64,000 bases of DNA from Alphaproteobacteria bacterium (GCA_965225945.1 CBDDBZ010000034.1:96001-160000), one strand, 5' to 3'. Numbered from the stretch's first letter, positions 52,196 to 62,033 are shown. Translations and numbers: made by a program. The notes: a model not told the origin generated them from the sequence alone.

Positions 52196-53220
52196 GGCTC
52201 AATTCGTGAATTGTATGCATTAGTGATAGAGTGCCCGGAACGTCAGGAGGTTGGGTTATGGACGGCAAGGGTTTCCAGGTGTGGCTTTCGGCGGCGCGCG
52301 GGCTGACGCGCGCGCAGCGGCGCGAGGCGCTCGCGGTGCTGTCGGGCCGGAGCGAGGGCGAGGCATCGAAGGCCGCGATCGAGCTTGGTGTGGACGAGGC
52401 CCGGCGCTGTCCGCACTGCGCGAGCGAAGGGGCGGTTTCGCGCGGTATGGCGCGGGGTCTGCGGCGCTACCAGTGCAAGGGCTGCGGCAGGACCTTCAAC
52501 GCGCTGAGCGGTACGCCGCTGTCGGGCTTGCACCACAAGGAACGCTGGCTGTCGTTCGGGGCGTCGCTGGCGAAGGGGGAGACGGTGAAGGCCTCGGCGG
52601 CGCGCTGCGACGTGGCGGTGAGCACGGCGTTCCGCTGGCGTCACCGGTTTCTGGCGGCGGCGCGGAGCGATTCGGAGGTGCTCAAGGGGATCGTGGAAGC
52701 GGACGAGACCTACGTCCTGGAGAGCCGGAAGGGCGCGCGCGGGCTGGGGCGCAAGGCACGGCGGCGGGGCGGCAAGGCGAAGAAGCGCGGCCTCTCGCGC
52801 GAGCAGGTACCGGTTCTCATGGCGGCGGACCGGAGCGGAACGACGGTCAGCGCGGTGCTGCCCAGGGTCGATGCGGCGGCGCTCACGGCTGCCCTCGACC
52901 CGGTGGTCGCGAAGGACGCCCTGCTGGTCTCCGACGGCGGCGCGAGCTACCCACCGTGCGCCGCCGCGCTCGGGGTGAGCCACGAAGCACTCAACCGCTC
53001 GATGGGGGAACGGGTTCGGGGCGATCTGCATGTGCAGACGGTGAACAGCCGCCACAGCCGGTTGAAGGACTTCCTGCGTCCCCGCCGCGGCATCGCCACC
53101 CGCTATCTGGACAACTACCTGAGCTGGTTCCACCTCGTCGGCCTCGCCCCCGGCGCCAATGACCGAGCCTGCCTCGCCGCCGCCGTAACAAGGTGACGCA
53201 TACAATTCACGAATTGAGCC
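52196..53220 (+). mobile_element. IS1595-family element (ISPna2-like GGC ends)
   Basis: Perfect 23-bp TIR GGCTCAATTCGTGAATTGTATGC; 8-bp TSD AAGTACAA (52188-52195 / 53221-53228). Confidence 0.95.
52258..53196 (+). CDS. IS1595 family transposase
   Basis: CPHC...CKGC, IVEADETY, SDG, HVQTVNSRHSRLK, GIATRYLDNYL. Confidence 0.94.
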   Translation: MDGKGFQVWLSAARGLTRAQRREALAVLSGRSEGEASKAAIELGVDEARRCPHCASEGAVSRGMARGLRRYQCKGCGRTFNALSGTPLSGLHHKERWLSFGASLAKGETVKASAARCDVAVSTAFRWRHRFLAAARSDSEVLKGIVEADETYVLESRKGARGLGRKARRRGGKAKKRGLSREQVPVLMAADRSGTTVSAVLPRVDAAALTAALDPVVAKDALLVSDGGASYPPCAAALGVSHEALNRSMGERVRGDLHVQTVNSRHSRLKDFLRPRRGIATRYLDNYLSWFHLVGLAPGANDRACLAAAVTR

Positions 53221-53283
53221 AAGTACAATGACCCCTTTTTTCTTTTTTTGCTTTCTCGATATGAGCTAAGTCATTGAAAAAAT

Positions 53284-53359
<76 letters not shown>

Positions 53360-53581
53360 GTCGGCCACGCTCCAGACACGAGGCGGCCCGAAACGGCGAC
53401 AGCGGCCGCGAACCGAACACCCGCCCGAAGACGCGCCCGCCGCAGCCAGGCGCCCAGATAGCCGAGATCGCGAATGAGATCAAGCGCACATCCCCGCCGC
53501 CCCCGCCGGGCGCGCGAACCCCGCCGGGCTGGCGCCCCGCGCGCCGACGCGCCATCATGGCGGCGGAGATAAGGAGAGCCC

Positions 53582-54559
53582 ATGACCCCGACACCGGAAA
53601 TGCAACGCGACATGCTGCGCCGGATGCAGACCATCCGCCGCTTCGAGGAACGCGCCTCCGAGGATTACCTCGCCGGTAACATCTACGGCGTGGTGCATTG
53701 CTACATCGGCGAGGAGGCGGTCGCCGTCGGCGTCTGCGCCGCGCTGGAGCAACGCGACCAGATCATCTCCACCCACCGGGGCCACGGCCACTGCATCGCC
53801 AAGGGCGCCGACCTGAACCGCATGATGGCCGAGCTCTGGGGCCGCGAGGCCGGCTACTGCAAGGGCAAGGGCGGCTCCATGCACATCGCCGATTTCGCCA
53901 TCGGCATGCTGGGCGCCAACGGCATCGTCGCCGGCGGCATCCCGATCGTCACCGGCGCCGGGCTCGCGGCCCAGCTCGAGGGCGAGGGCCGGGTCGCCGT
54001 CAGCTTCTTCGGCGACGGCGCCGCCAACGCCGGGCCGTTCCACGAATCGATCAACATCGCGGCGGCCTGGAAGCTGCCGATGCTCTACGTCTGCGAAAAC
54101 AATCTCTGGGCCGCAGCCACAGCGGCGGCCGATACGCTGGCGCACCAGGACGTGGCGGCGCGTGCCGCCGGCTACGCCATCCCCGGCGTGGTGGTCGACG
54201 GCAACGACGCCCTGGCGGTCCACGCGGCCGCGGCCGAAGCCGTGGCCCGCGCGCGGGCCGGCGAGGGGCCGAGCTTGATCGAATGCAAGACCTATCGCTG
54301 GCGCCTCCATACCGAGCGGCCGGGCCAGGTCGACTACCGCCCGGAGGCGGAAATCGCCGTGTGGCGGGAACGCGATCCGATCAAACGCCTGGCCGAGCAC
54401 CTGCAACAACAGCAGGGCCAGCTCACCGAGGAGGAATGGCAGGCAATGGACAGAGAGATCCTGGCCGCCGTCCAGGCCGCGGTCGAGTTCGCCGAGGCGA
54501 GCCCTTTCCCGGCGCCGGAGGCGGCGCTGGAAGACGTTTTCGCGGCCACGGGGAACTGA
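53582..54559 (+). CDS. TPP-dependent dehydrogenase E1 alpha subunit (acetoin/pyruvate dehydrogenase family)
   Basis: STHRGHGH, GKGGSMH, FFGDGA, CENN. Confidence 0.92.
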   Translation: MTPTPEMQRDMLRRMQTIRRFEERASEDYLAGNIYGVVHCYIGEEAVAVGVCAALEQRDQIISTHRGHGHCIAKGADLNRMMAELWGREAGYCKGKGGSMHIADFAIGMLGANGIVAGGIPIVTGAGLAAQLEGEGRVAVSFFGDGAANAGPFHESINIAAAWKLPMLYVCENNLWAAATAAADTLAHQDVAARAAGYAIPGVVVDGNDALAVHAAAAEAVARARAGEGPSLIECKTYRWRLHTERPGQVDYRPEAEIAVWRERDPIKRLAEHLQQQQGQLTEEEWQAMDREILAAVQAAVEFAEASPFPAPEAALEDVFAATGN

Positions 54560-54562
54560 GCC

Positions 54563-55522
54563 ATGGCGCGGATCACCTATGCCCAGGCCGGGCTCGACGC
54601 GCTGGCCGAGGAAATGCGCCGCGACCCGAAGATCTTCCACCTCTCGACCGACGCCAATCGCGATTTGGTGGCGGAATTCGGCGCTTCACGCGTGCGCGGC
54701 ACGCCGATCGCCGAGGCCGCCTTGACCGGCATCGGCCTCGGCGCCGCCGGCTCCGGCTTCCGCCCGATCGTCGATTGGCGGATGGTCACCTTCTGCTTCG
54801 TCGCCATGGACCAGATCGTCAATCAGGCCTCGAAGATCCATTACATGTTCGGCGGCCAGACGACCTTTCCGGTGACCTTCCGCGCCTCCGTCGGCGGCGG
54901 CACCCGCCTCGCGGCGCAGCATTCCCAGAGCCCCTATTCCATGTTCATGAACCTGGCCGGGCTGAAGCTGGTGCTGCCGTCCACGCCTTACGACTTGAAA
55001 GGCCTCTTGAAATCGCTGATCCGCGACGACAATCCCGTGATCAGCTTCGAATCGACCCGGCTGATGGGCCTGGAAGGCGAGGTCCCGGAGGAAGACTACA
55101 CGATTCCCATCGGCCTCGCCGAGGTGAAGCGGGAAGGCTCCGACGTCACCGTCATCGCGCTCGCCTGGCTGGTGCACGAGGCGCTTGCCGCGGCCGAAAC
55201 GCTCGAGCGCGAAGGCGTCTCCGTCGAGGTGGTCGACCCCCGCACGCTGGTGCCGATGGACGCCCCGAGCTTGCGCGCCTCGGCCCGCAAGACCGGTCGC
55301 GTGGTGATCGCCGACGAGGCCGGCCCGACCGCCGGCGCCTCGGCCGAGATCGCGGCGCTGTTGAGCGAGGATGCGGCGACCTTCGCCGCGCTGAAGGCGC
55401 CGCTCAGGCGGGTCTGCGCGTTGCAGGTGCCGATCCCCTACAGCCCCGGACTGGAGGACCACGTCTTCCCCGACCGGCATGGAATCGCCGACGCCGTCCG
55501 CGAGCTGATGGAGCTCGGCTGA
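54563..55522 (+). CDS. TPP-dependent dehydrogenase E1 beta subunit
   Basis: [28 protein letters not shown]. Confidence 0.92.
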   Translation: MARITYAQAGLDALAEEMRRDPKIFHLSTDANRDLVAEFGASRVRGTPIAEAALTGIGLGAAGSGFRPIVDWRMVTFCFVAMDQIVNQASKIHYMFGGQTTFPVTFRASVGGGTRLAAQHSQSPYSMFMNLAGLKLVLPSTPYDLKGLLKSLIRDDNPVISFESTRLMGLEGEVPEEDYTIPIGLAEVKREGSDVTVIALAWLVHEALAAAETLEREGVSVEVVDPRTLVPMDAPSLRASARKTGRVVIADEAGPTAGASAEIAALLSEDAATFAALKAPLRRVCALQVPIPYSPGLEDHVFPDRHGIADAVRELMELG

Positions 55523-55571
55523 TGAAGGGGGGGCTGATGAATGCGGGGCTGACGGAAGGGGGGCGGTTGGC

Positions 55572-56021
55572 ATGAGCGACGACGCGGCCAAGCCCTTCTG
55601 GCGCCGGAAGTCGCTCGAGGAGATGACGGCGACGGAGTGGGAATCGCTTTGCGACGGTTGCGGCAAGTGCTGCCTCAACAAGATCGAGGACGTGGATACG
55701 GGCGAGATCCTGCCGACCCGGGTCGCCTGCCGGCTGTTGGACCTCGGGAGCTGCCGCTGCACCGATTATGGCCGCCGCACCCGGCTGGTGCCCGACTGCG
55801 TCGTGCTGACGCCCGCCAACGTCGCCACGATCCCCTGGATGCCCGCGAGCTGTGCCTACCGGCGCCTCGCCGAGGGCCGGGATCTCGCCTGGTGGCATCC
55901 CCTGGTCTCGGGCGATCCCGAGACCGTGCACCAGGCCGGCATCTCGGTCCGCGGCCGGGTGATCTCCGAGCGCCGCCTGCGCCGGCCGCTGGAGGATTAC
56001 GTGGTCGACGGGGAATTCTGA
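55572..56021 (+). CDS. YcgN family (UPF0260) cysteine cluster protein
   Basis: PFW.....[30 protein letters not shown]. Confidence 0.92.
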   Translation: MSDDAAKPFWRRKSLEEMTATEWESLCDGCGKCCLNKIEDVDTGEILPTRVACRLLDLGSCRCTDYGRRTRLVPDCVVLTPANVATIPWMPASCAYRRLAEGRDLAWWHPLVSGDPETVHQAGISVRGRVISERRLRRPLEDYVVDGEF

Positions 56022-56100
56022 GAGCGGGCCGGAGTGTCACGCCGCCCCCGAGCGAGGCGATCGCCGCCGTCACCTACGCCGGCCCGACCCGGCGCCGCCC

Positions 56101-56862
56101 TCAGATTCGCTTGCCCGCCGTCCAGCCGCCGTCGACCAGCAGCGTGGTGCCGGTGATGAAGCTGGCGTCGTCGGAGGCGAGGAAGAGGATCGCCTTGGCG
56201 ATCTCCGCCGGCTCGCCCCAGCGGCCCATGGCGTGGAGGTTGCGAATTCGCTCCACCGTCTCGGCGTCCTGGAAATAGCGCTCGGTCAAGGGCGTGCGGG
56301 TGACGCCGGGGCCGACCGCGTTGACCCGGATGTTGTGCTCGGCGAGCTCCATTCCCATCGCCTTGGTGATGCCAACCACCGCGTGCTTGGAGGCGGTGTA
56401 GGCCACCCGACTGGGCGCGGCCTGGACGCCCAAGGTCGAGGCCAGGTTGACGATGGCGCCGGCGCCGCCGGCCTCGACCACGGCTTTCGCGAAGGCCTGC
56501 GAGCAGAGAAAGACGCCCGAGGCGTTCACCTGCAGGACCCGATTCCATTCCTCGAAGGAAAGCTCCAGCACCGGGGCGATCTCGCGGATGCCGGCGCTGT
56601 TGACCAGGACGTCGAGACGGCCGATCGCTTGGCCGGCGGCGTCGACGAAATGGCCTGCGGCTTCCGCACTGGTGACGTCGAGGGCGAAGGCATGGCCCCG
56701 GCCGCCCTCGCCGGCGATATCCGCGATCGTGCGATCCGCCATCTCGACGTCGATGTCGCCGACGGCGAGAATTGCGCCCTCGCGCGCCGCGTGCAGCGCC
56801 ACCTCGCGGCCGATGCCGCTGCCGCCGCCGGTCACCAAGACCGCCCGATCCTCGAATCGCAT
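56101..56862 (-). CDS. SDR family oxidoreductase
   Basis: TGGGSGIG, NSAG, YTASK, VDGG. Confidence 0.92.
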   Translation of the reverse strand: MRFEDRAVLVTGGGSGIGREVALHAAREGAILAVGDIDVEMADRTIADIAGEGGRGHAFALDVTSAEAAGHFVDAAGQAIGRLDVLVNSAGIREIAPVLELSFEEWNRVLQVNASGVFLCSQAFAKAVVEAGGAGAIVNLASTLGVQAAPSRVAYTASKHAVVGITKAMGMELAEHNIRVNAVGPGVTRTPLTERYFQDAETVERIRNLHAMGRWGEPAEIAKAILFLASDDASFITGTTLLVDGGWTAGKRI

Positions 56863-56925
56863 GCCTCAATCCTCCCTCGCGTCCCAAGGCGAAGCTTGCG
56901 ACGGCGACAGCCCGCTGACAAGCCA

Positions 56926-56962
56926 GTCCCTGATAGGCTGGTCCCTGATAGGCTGGTCCCTG
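56926..56962. repeat. 15-bp tandem repeat GTCCCTGATAGGCTG (about 2.5 copies)
   Basis: gtccctgataggctg gtccctgataggctg gtccctg, in the intergenic region upstream of the SDR gene. Confidence 0.8.
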
Positions 56963-57019
56963 TCAAAAAGTCCTTCGTTTCGAAGCGGCCGTGGCCCCGA
57001 TGCGCGACCACCTCGCACT

Positions 57020-58234
57020 CTAGATAATACCGTCCTCGGCGAGGCGCTCGCGGGCCTCGGCGTCGAGGCCGAGGGCGCCGAGGATTTCCGCGTTGTGCTG
57101 GCCGACCTCGGGGGCGGCGTAGCGGATCGCCCCGGGCGTGGCCGAGAGCCTGGCCGAGATCCCGTGCATGGCCAGGCTGTCCATCTCCTCGTCGGGAAAC
57201 TCCAGCAGAATGCCGCGCTCGATCATGAAGGGGTGGTCGAAGAGGTCCGAAATGTCGGCGACAGGCCCGACCGTGACTCCCAAAGCGGAAAAATGCGCGA
57301 GGTTTTCCTCCAGCGTTCTGGCACCGATGAACTCCGCGACCATGGCGTCCAGGATATCGCTGTTCAGAACCCGATTCTCGTTGGCGAGAAAACGCGGGTC
57401 GTCAATCGTCTCGGCCCGCCCGATGGCGCGCATCAGCCGCTCGAACATGCCCTGCGTCGAGGCGGAGAGCGCGGCGAAGCCGCCGTCCAAGGTTGGGTAA
57501 ACGTTGCGGGGCGCCGTGGTGTTGGAGCGGCTGCCGGTGCGGGGCGGCACCTCGCCGGTCAGCTGGTAGTTGGCCGCCAGCGGCCCGAGGATCGAGAACA
57601 ACGGATCGAACAGCGGCAGGTCGATCACCTGGCCGCGCCCACCGCGCACCTCGACCTCGCGGAGCGCCACCATGAAGGCGGCGGCGCCATGGAGCCCGGC
57701 GACCTGATCGGCCAGCGCCAGCGGCGGCAGCACCGGCTCGCGGTCGGCGAAGCCGGTCATCGCCGCGAAACCACTCATCGCCTCGACCAGGCTGCCGAAG
57801 CCGGGGTTTTCGGCCAAGGGACCGTCCTGGCCCCAGCCGGTGACCCGGACCACGACGAGTTTCGGATTGACCTCGAGGAGCCGTTCCGGCGCCAGGCCCA
57901 TCGCCTCCAGCCGGCCCGGGCGAAAGTTCTCGACGAGGGCGTCGGCGTTCGCCACCAGATCGAGCAGGATCTCCCGCGCCCGGTCCTCGCGCAGATTGAG
58001 GCTGACGCTCTTCTTGTTGCGGGCGTAGGCCTTCCAGTAGGTCGAGACGCCGGCGACCCGCCAGTTGCGCAAATCGTCGCCGCTGCCCGGCCGCTCGATC
58101 TTGATCACCTCGGCGCCGAAGTCGGCGAGGAAGGCGGTCAGCGCGTTGCCGGCGACGACACGGCTGAGATCGAGGATCCTGAGCCCGTCCAGCGGGCAGG
58201 CCGCGTCGGCTCGGTAGTCGGTCTTCCTGGGCAC
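57020..58234 (-). CDS. CaiB/BaiF family CoA-transferase
   Basis: PLDGLRILDLS, GAEVIKIE, ARNKKS, VENFRPG. Confidence 0.93.
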   Translation of the reverse strand: MPRKTDYRADAACPLDGLRILDLSRVVAGNALTAFLADFGAEVIKIERPGSGDDLRNWRVAGVSTYWKAYARNKKSVSLNLREDRAREILLDLVANADALVENFRPGRLEAMGLAPERLLEVNPKLVVVRVTGWGQDGPLAENPGFGSLVEAMSGFAAMTGFADREPVLPPLALADQVAGLHGAAAFMVALREVEVRGGRGQVIDLPLFDPLFSILGPLAANYQLTGEVPPRTGSRSNTTAPRNVYPTLDGGFAALSASTQGMFERLMRAIGRAETIDDPRFLANENRVLNSDILDAMVAEFIGARTLEENLAHFSALGVTVGPVADISDLFDHPFMIERGILLEFPDEEMDSLAMHGISARLSATPGAIRYAAPEVGQHNAEILGALGLDAEARERLAEDGII

Positions 58235-58258
58235 GCCGCCGCTCCGCCATCCACTCGC

Positions 58259-59041
58259 TCAGTTGCGGACCGCGCGGGCGGAGTTGCCGCCGTCGATGGT
58301 AATGACGGTGCCGGAAATGTAGGAGGCCCGCTCGGAGGCGAGGAAGACCACCAGATCGGCCACCTCTTCCGCGGTGCCGGGGCGGCCGAAGGGCAGACCC
58401 CTCATGTCCTCGCGCCAGGTCTCCGGATCGCGGCCGCCGTCGCTAGCGCGCTGCTTGGCGAGGGTCACCAGCCGCTCGGTCTCCGTGGCGCCGGGATTGA
58501 CGGCGACCACGCGAATTCGATTGTCGGCGCTCTGGCTGCCCAGCGCGCGGGTGAAGGCCATCAGGCCGGCGTTGCCGGCGCTGCCGGCGATGTAGTTGAA
58601 GTCCTGCCGCTCGCCCGCCGCGCCGATGACGTTGACGATGGCGCCGCCGCCGCCAGCCTTCATCTGGGCGTAGACGGCGCGGGTCAGGTTGACGTAGCCG
58701 AAGACCTTGAGGTCCCAAGCGGCGCGCCAGGTCGCCTCGTCGATTTTTTCGATCGAGCCGCCGGGAATGGCGCCGGCGTTGTTCACCAGGATGTCGACCG
58801 GCCCGACCGTCGCCGCCAGCGCGTCGGCCTCGCCCGGCTGGGACAGGTCCATCGGGTGGATGGTGATGGCGACCTGATGCTCGGCCATGATGCGGTGGCG
58901 CGCCGCCTCCAGGTCCGCCTCCGTGCGGGCGACAATGTGGACGGCGCAGCCTTCCGCCGCCAAACCCTCGGCCACCGCGAGACCGATCCCCTTGGAGCCG
59001 CCGGTAACGATCGCCGTCTTGCCTTGGAGCCCGAGTTCCAT
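58259..59041 (-). CDS. SDR family oxidoreductase
   Basis: MELGLQGKTAIVTGGSKGIG, NNAGAIPGG, WDLKVFGY. Confidence 0.9.
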   Translation of the reverse strand: MELGLQGKTAIVTGGSKGIGLAVAEGLAAEGCAVHIVARTEADLEAARHRIMAEHQVAITIHPMDLSQPGEADALAATVGPVDILVNNAGAIPGGSIEKIDEATWRAAWDLKVFGYVNLTRAVYAQMKAGGGGAIVNVIGAAGERQDFNYIAGSAGNAGLMAFTRALGSQSADNRIRVVAVNPGATETERLVTLAKQRASDGGRDPETWREDMRGLPFGRPGTAEEVADLVVFLASERASYISGTVITIDGGNSARAVRN

Positions 59042-59161
59042 CCCCTTCTCCCTCCCCCTCGTCCGACCCCGAACCTCACAGCCCGGCCCGGGCATTGCAA
59101 GCGCGGAGTTGGCACCCTCGAGATTGCCTCTCGCCTTCGGCACCGGTTTTGTGGGATTTTG

Positions 59162-60384
59162 CATGGTACACGACGGCATTTACGTAGGACGTTGAAAAGG
59201 TTGTAGGATTCCCGATTCACTCCACGACGAGTCAAGAGGGAAATCATGCGAGACAACCCGATCAACGCCCTGCGTGAGACGCTACGATGCGGCTTCGCCT
59301 TTCGCAAGAGCCGTCTGGAGAGCCTTTGCGTCTTGGTCTTCGGCGTGTTCGTCGCCCGGACGGTGAACCTCTCTCACTTGGCCTGCCACTTTCCGGGGCG
59401 CGCGCGATCCAGCTCCAACTATCGGCGCCTGCAACGGTTTTTCGAGCAAGTCGATTTCGATTACGATCGCCTCGCCGAGTTCCTGGTCGCGATGATGGGG
59501 CTCCAGGCGGGGCCGTGGCGGCTGACCATGGACCGGACCAACTGGCGGCTGGGTCGCCGCGACGTCAACATCTTGATGATCGGCATCGTCAACCGCGCCA
59601 TCGCCATTCCCGTGTGCTGGCGGGTGCTCGACAAGGCGGGCAATTCCAATACCAAGGAGCGGATCGCGATCCTCGAACACGTCCTCCGGCTCTTCGGGGT
59701 CGACAAGATCGCCAGCCTCCTGGCCGACCGGGAATTCATCGGCGACGCCTGGCTGGCATGGTTGCAGGAAAAGGCCATCCCCTTTCACATCCGCATCCGA
59801 TCCAACATCAAGATCGCCAACACGCGTGGTCGCATGGTCAAGGCGAGGGAGCTGTTTCGCGACCTCAAACCCGGGGAAAGCCGCATCCTCTCCAACGCCA
59901 GGCGCCTCTCGGAGGCCAGAAAACCCAAGGCCAGGCCCGTCTTCGTCGCCGCGCTCCATCTCAAGACCGGCGAACTGTTGATCGTCGTGACCAACGACGC
60001 GCCCGAGGAGGCCTTGGCCATCTACGCCCAGCGCTGGCAAATCAAGACCCTCTTCGCCGCCTTGAAAACCCGTGGCTTCAACCTCGAAGACACCCACATG
60101 ACCGACCCGGAGCGCATCTCCAAGCTCACCGCCGTCCTTTCCATCACCTTCTGCTGGGCGCACAAAGTCGGCGATTGGCTCCACGAGGCCGAGCCGATCC
60201 GCCTCAAAACCCACAAAAGGATGGCAAAATCCATCTTCCGATACGGTTTCGAGTGGATAAGGCGACAGCTCGTCAATCCTATCGACAGGCGTCAAGCCAT
60301 TGAGCTGATTCGTTTCCTCGTCCCCGGAAAACCACCAGTCCAGGTGCCCAGGCCAAAGCCAGCATGAACGAGTCGTGTACTGTG
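59162..60384 (+). mobile_element. IS4-family element (ISAba1-like)
   Basis: Ends CATGGTACACGAC / CACAGTACACGAC; 9-bp TSD GGGATTTTG (59153-59161 / 60385-60393). Confidence 0.9.
59246..60367 (+). CDS. IS4 family transposase (ISAba1-like); catalytic Glu apparently replaced by Lys
   Basis: MDRTNW, LADREFIG, YAQRWQIKTLF (expected Y..RW.IE.LF). Confidence 0.9.
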   Translation: MRDNPINALRETLRCGFAFRKSRLESLCVLVFGVFVARTVNLSHLACHFPGRARSSSNYRRLQRFFEQVDFDYDRLAEFLVAMMGLQAGPWRLTMDRTNWRLGRRDVNILMIGIVNRAIAIPVCWRVLDKAGNSNTKERIAILEHVLRLFGVDKIASLLADREFIGDAWLAWLQEKAIPFHIRIRSNIKIANTRGRMVKARELFRDLKPGESRILSNARRLSEARKPKARPVFVAALHLKTGELLIVVTNDAPEEALAIYAQRWQIKTLFAALKTRGFNLEDTHMTDPERISKLTAVLSITFCWAHKVGDWLHEAEPIRLKTHKRMAKSIFRYGFEWIRRQLVNPIDRRQAIELIRFLVPGKPPVQVPRPKPA

Positions 60385-60428
60385 GGGATTTTGGTACATC
60401 GTCGAACATCGGAGGGGAGAGAGTCGAG

Positions 60429-60887
60429 ATGCTGAAGGTCGCCAATCCGCAAGCCATGAAAGACCACATCGGCGAGGAGCTGGGTATCAGTTCCTGGATC
60501 ACCGTCGATCAGGACACCATCGATCGTTTCGCCGACGCCACCGGCGATCACCAGTGGATCCACGTTGACGTGGCCCGCGCGAAGGCCGAGATGCCGGGCG
60601 GCAAGACCATCGCGCACGGCTATCTGACGCTCTCGCTGGTGCCGCGCATGATGCACGAGATCTACGAGATCGAGCAAAAGAGCCACGGCCTCAACTACGG
60701 CTCCAACAAGATTCGGTTCACCAGCCCGGTGCCGGCCGGCAGCCGGGTGCGCGGCCGCGCGAGGCTGAAGGCGTGCGAGGACGTCAAGGGCAACGGGGTG
60801 CGCATCATCAACGAATTCACCGTCGAGATCGAAGGCCAGGAGCGCCCGGCACTGTTCGCCGAGGTGATCAGCCTGATGTACGCCTGA
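60429..60887 (+). CDS. MaoC family dehydratase
   Basis: FADATGDHQWIHVD, TIAHGYLTLSL, NYG..K.RF. Confidence 0.92.
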   Translation: MLKVANPQAMKDHIGEELGISSWITVDQDTIDRFADATGDHQWIHVDVARAKAEMPGGKTIAHGYLTLSLVPRMMHEIYEIEQKSHGLNYGSNKIRFTSPVPAGSRVRGRARLKACEDVKGNGVRIINEFTVEIEGQERPALFAEVISLMYA

Positions 60888-60908
60888 AGGGGGGGGGGGA
60901 ACGAGCGC

Positions 60909-62015
60909 ATGAGCGATGTCTTGGAGGCGCCGGCGCCGCTGGCGCGGGGCCGAGCCGCCGCGCTCGGCATGGACGCGGGCCGGCTGGCCGAGGCGACCCG
61001 CTTCGCCGAGGCGAACGAGACGCCCTGGCCGCGCGAGCTGGACAAGCGTCTGCGCGACGGCGAGTTCGAGCCGCCGCCCTATAACGCGCCCTTGGGGCCC
61101 CTCTTCGATCGGGGCGGGCCGGCGGGCTTGGTGCTGAGGCGCGGCCAGGTGGCCAGCGAATGGGGCGAGACGCGCCGCGCCGACCTCACATTTTCCGTCG
61201 CCAAGAGCTATCTCGCCGTTCTCGCCGGGATCGCCCATGACGATGGGTTGATCGACGAATTGGACGCAGCCGTCGGCGAGAGCGTGGCCGACGGCGGGTT
61301 CGAGTCCGACCAGAACCGCGATATCACGTGGCGCCACCTGCTGCATCAAACAGCCGAGTGGGAAGGCACGCTGTTCGATCGGCCCGACTGGATCGACCGC
61401 AACCGCGGCGTCGGGCCCGGCTCCGACAACAGCCGCAAGGGCCAGCCCCGGACGCTCGGCCGGCCGGGGAGCTTTTGGGAATACAACGACGTCCGGGTCA
61501 ACCGGTTGAGCCTGGCGCTGCTGCGGATTTTCCGCCGGCCGCTGCCGGAGGTGTTGAAAGAGCGGATCATGGATCCGATCGGCGCCGGCGAGGACTGGCG
61601 CTGGCATGCTTACGACAATGCCGAGGTCGAGGTGGACGGCCGGCGCCTATGGTCGGTGCCCGGCGGCACGCACTGGGGTGGCGGGCTGCGGATCGGGGCC
61701 GAGGATCAAGCCAGGCTGGGCCTCCTGATCGCCGCCGGTGGCGTCTGGCGCGGGCGGCGGCTGCTCTCTGAGGCCTGGATCGCGGAGATGCTCGCACCCT
61801 GTCCGGTCAAGCCGATTTACGGTTTTCTCTGGTGGCTGAATACAGGCCGCGGCTATCGCCCGGCGGCGCCGGAGACCAGCGTCTTCGCTTCGGGCGCTGG
61901 CGGTAACGTGATCTGGGTCGATTCCGCGCTCGAACTGGTCGCCGTCGCCCGCTGGCTCGACCCCGAAGCGGCCAACGGCTGGACAGAGCGGGTGATCGCG
62001 GCGATCGATGGGTAA
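60909..62015 (+). CDS. Serine hydrolase, beta-lactamase (NylB-like) family
   Basis: FSVAKS (SxxK), WEYND, HWGGG, YGFLWW. Confidence 0.88.
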   Translation: MSDVLEAPAPLARGRAAALGMDAGRLAEATRFAEANETPWPRELDKRLRDGEFEPPPYNAPLGPLFDRGGPAGLVLRRGQVASEWGETRRADLTFSVAKSYLAVLAGIAHDDGLIDELDAAVGESVADGGFESDQNRDITWRHLLHQTAEWEGTLFDRPDWIDRNRGVGPGSDNSRKGQPRTLGRPGSFWEYNDVRVNRLSLALLRIFRRPLPEVLKERIMDPIGAGEDWRWHAYDNAEVEVDGRRLWSVPGGTHWGGGLRIGAEDQARLGLLIAAGGVWRGRRLLSEAWIAEMLAPCPVKPIYGFLWWLNTGRGYRPAAPETSVFASGAGGNVIWVDSALELVAVARWLDPEAANGWTERVIAAIDG

Positions 62016-62033
62016 GGCGCGAGGAAACGCGAC

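Larger units (their letters stand above)
52149..53239. repeat. 58-bp hairpin element, copy 2 (split by IS at 52196-53220)
   Basis: 49 bp (52147-52195) identical to 48891-48939, then TGACCCCTTTT at 53229-53239. Confidence 0.85.

Noticed and set aside
46601-53220. Composite transposon formed by the IS1595 elements
   Set aside because: The three elements have different TIRs and each has its own TSD pair, indicating independent insertions.
48893-53239. Classical integron (attC sites plus intI)
   Set aside because: The hairpins lack RYYYAAC/GTTRRRY core ends and no tyrosine recombinase is present; kept only as an analogy.
55519-55565. Degenerate GCTGATGAAGGGGGG-like triple repeat between the E1-beta and ycgN genes
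   Set aside because: Short, low-complexity and imperfect; no supportable function.
56926-56962. 15-bp tandem repeat as CRISPR or iterons
   Set aside because: About 2.5 head-to-tail copies, no spacers, no rep gene; likely slippage.
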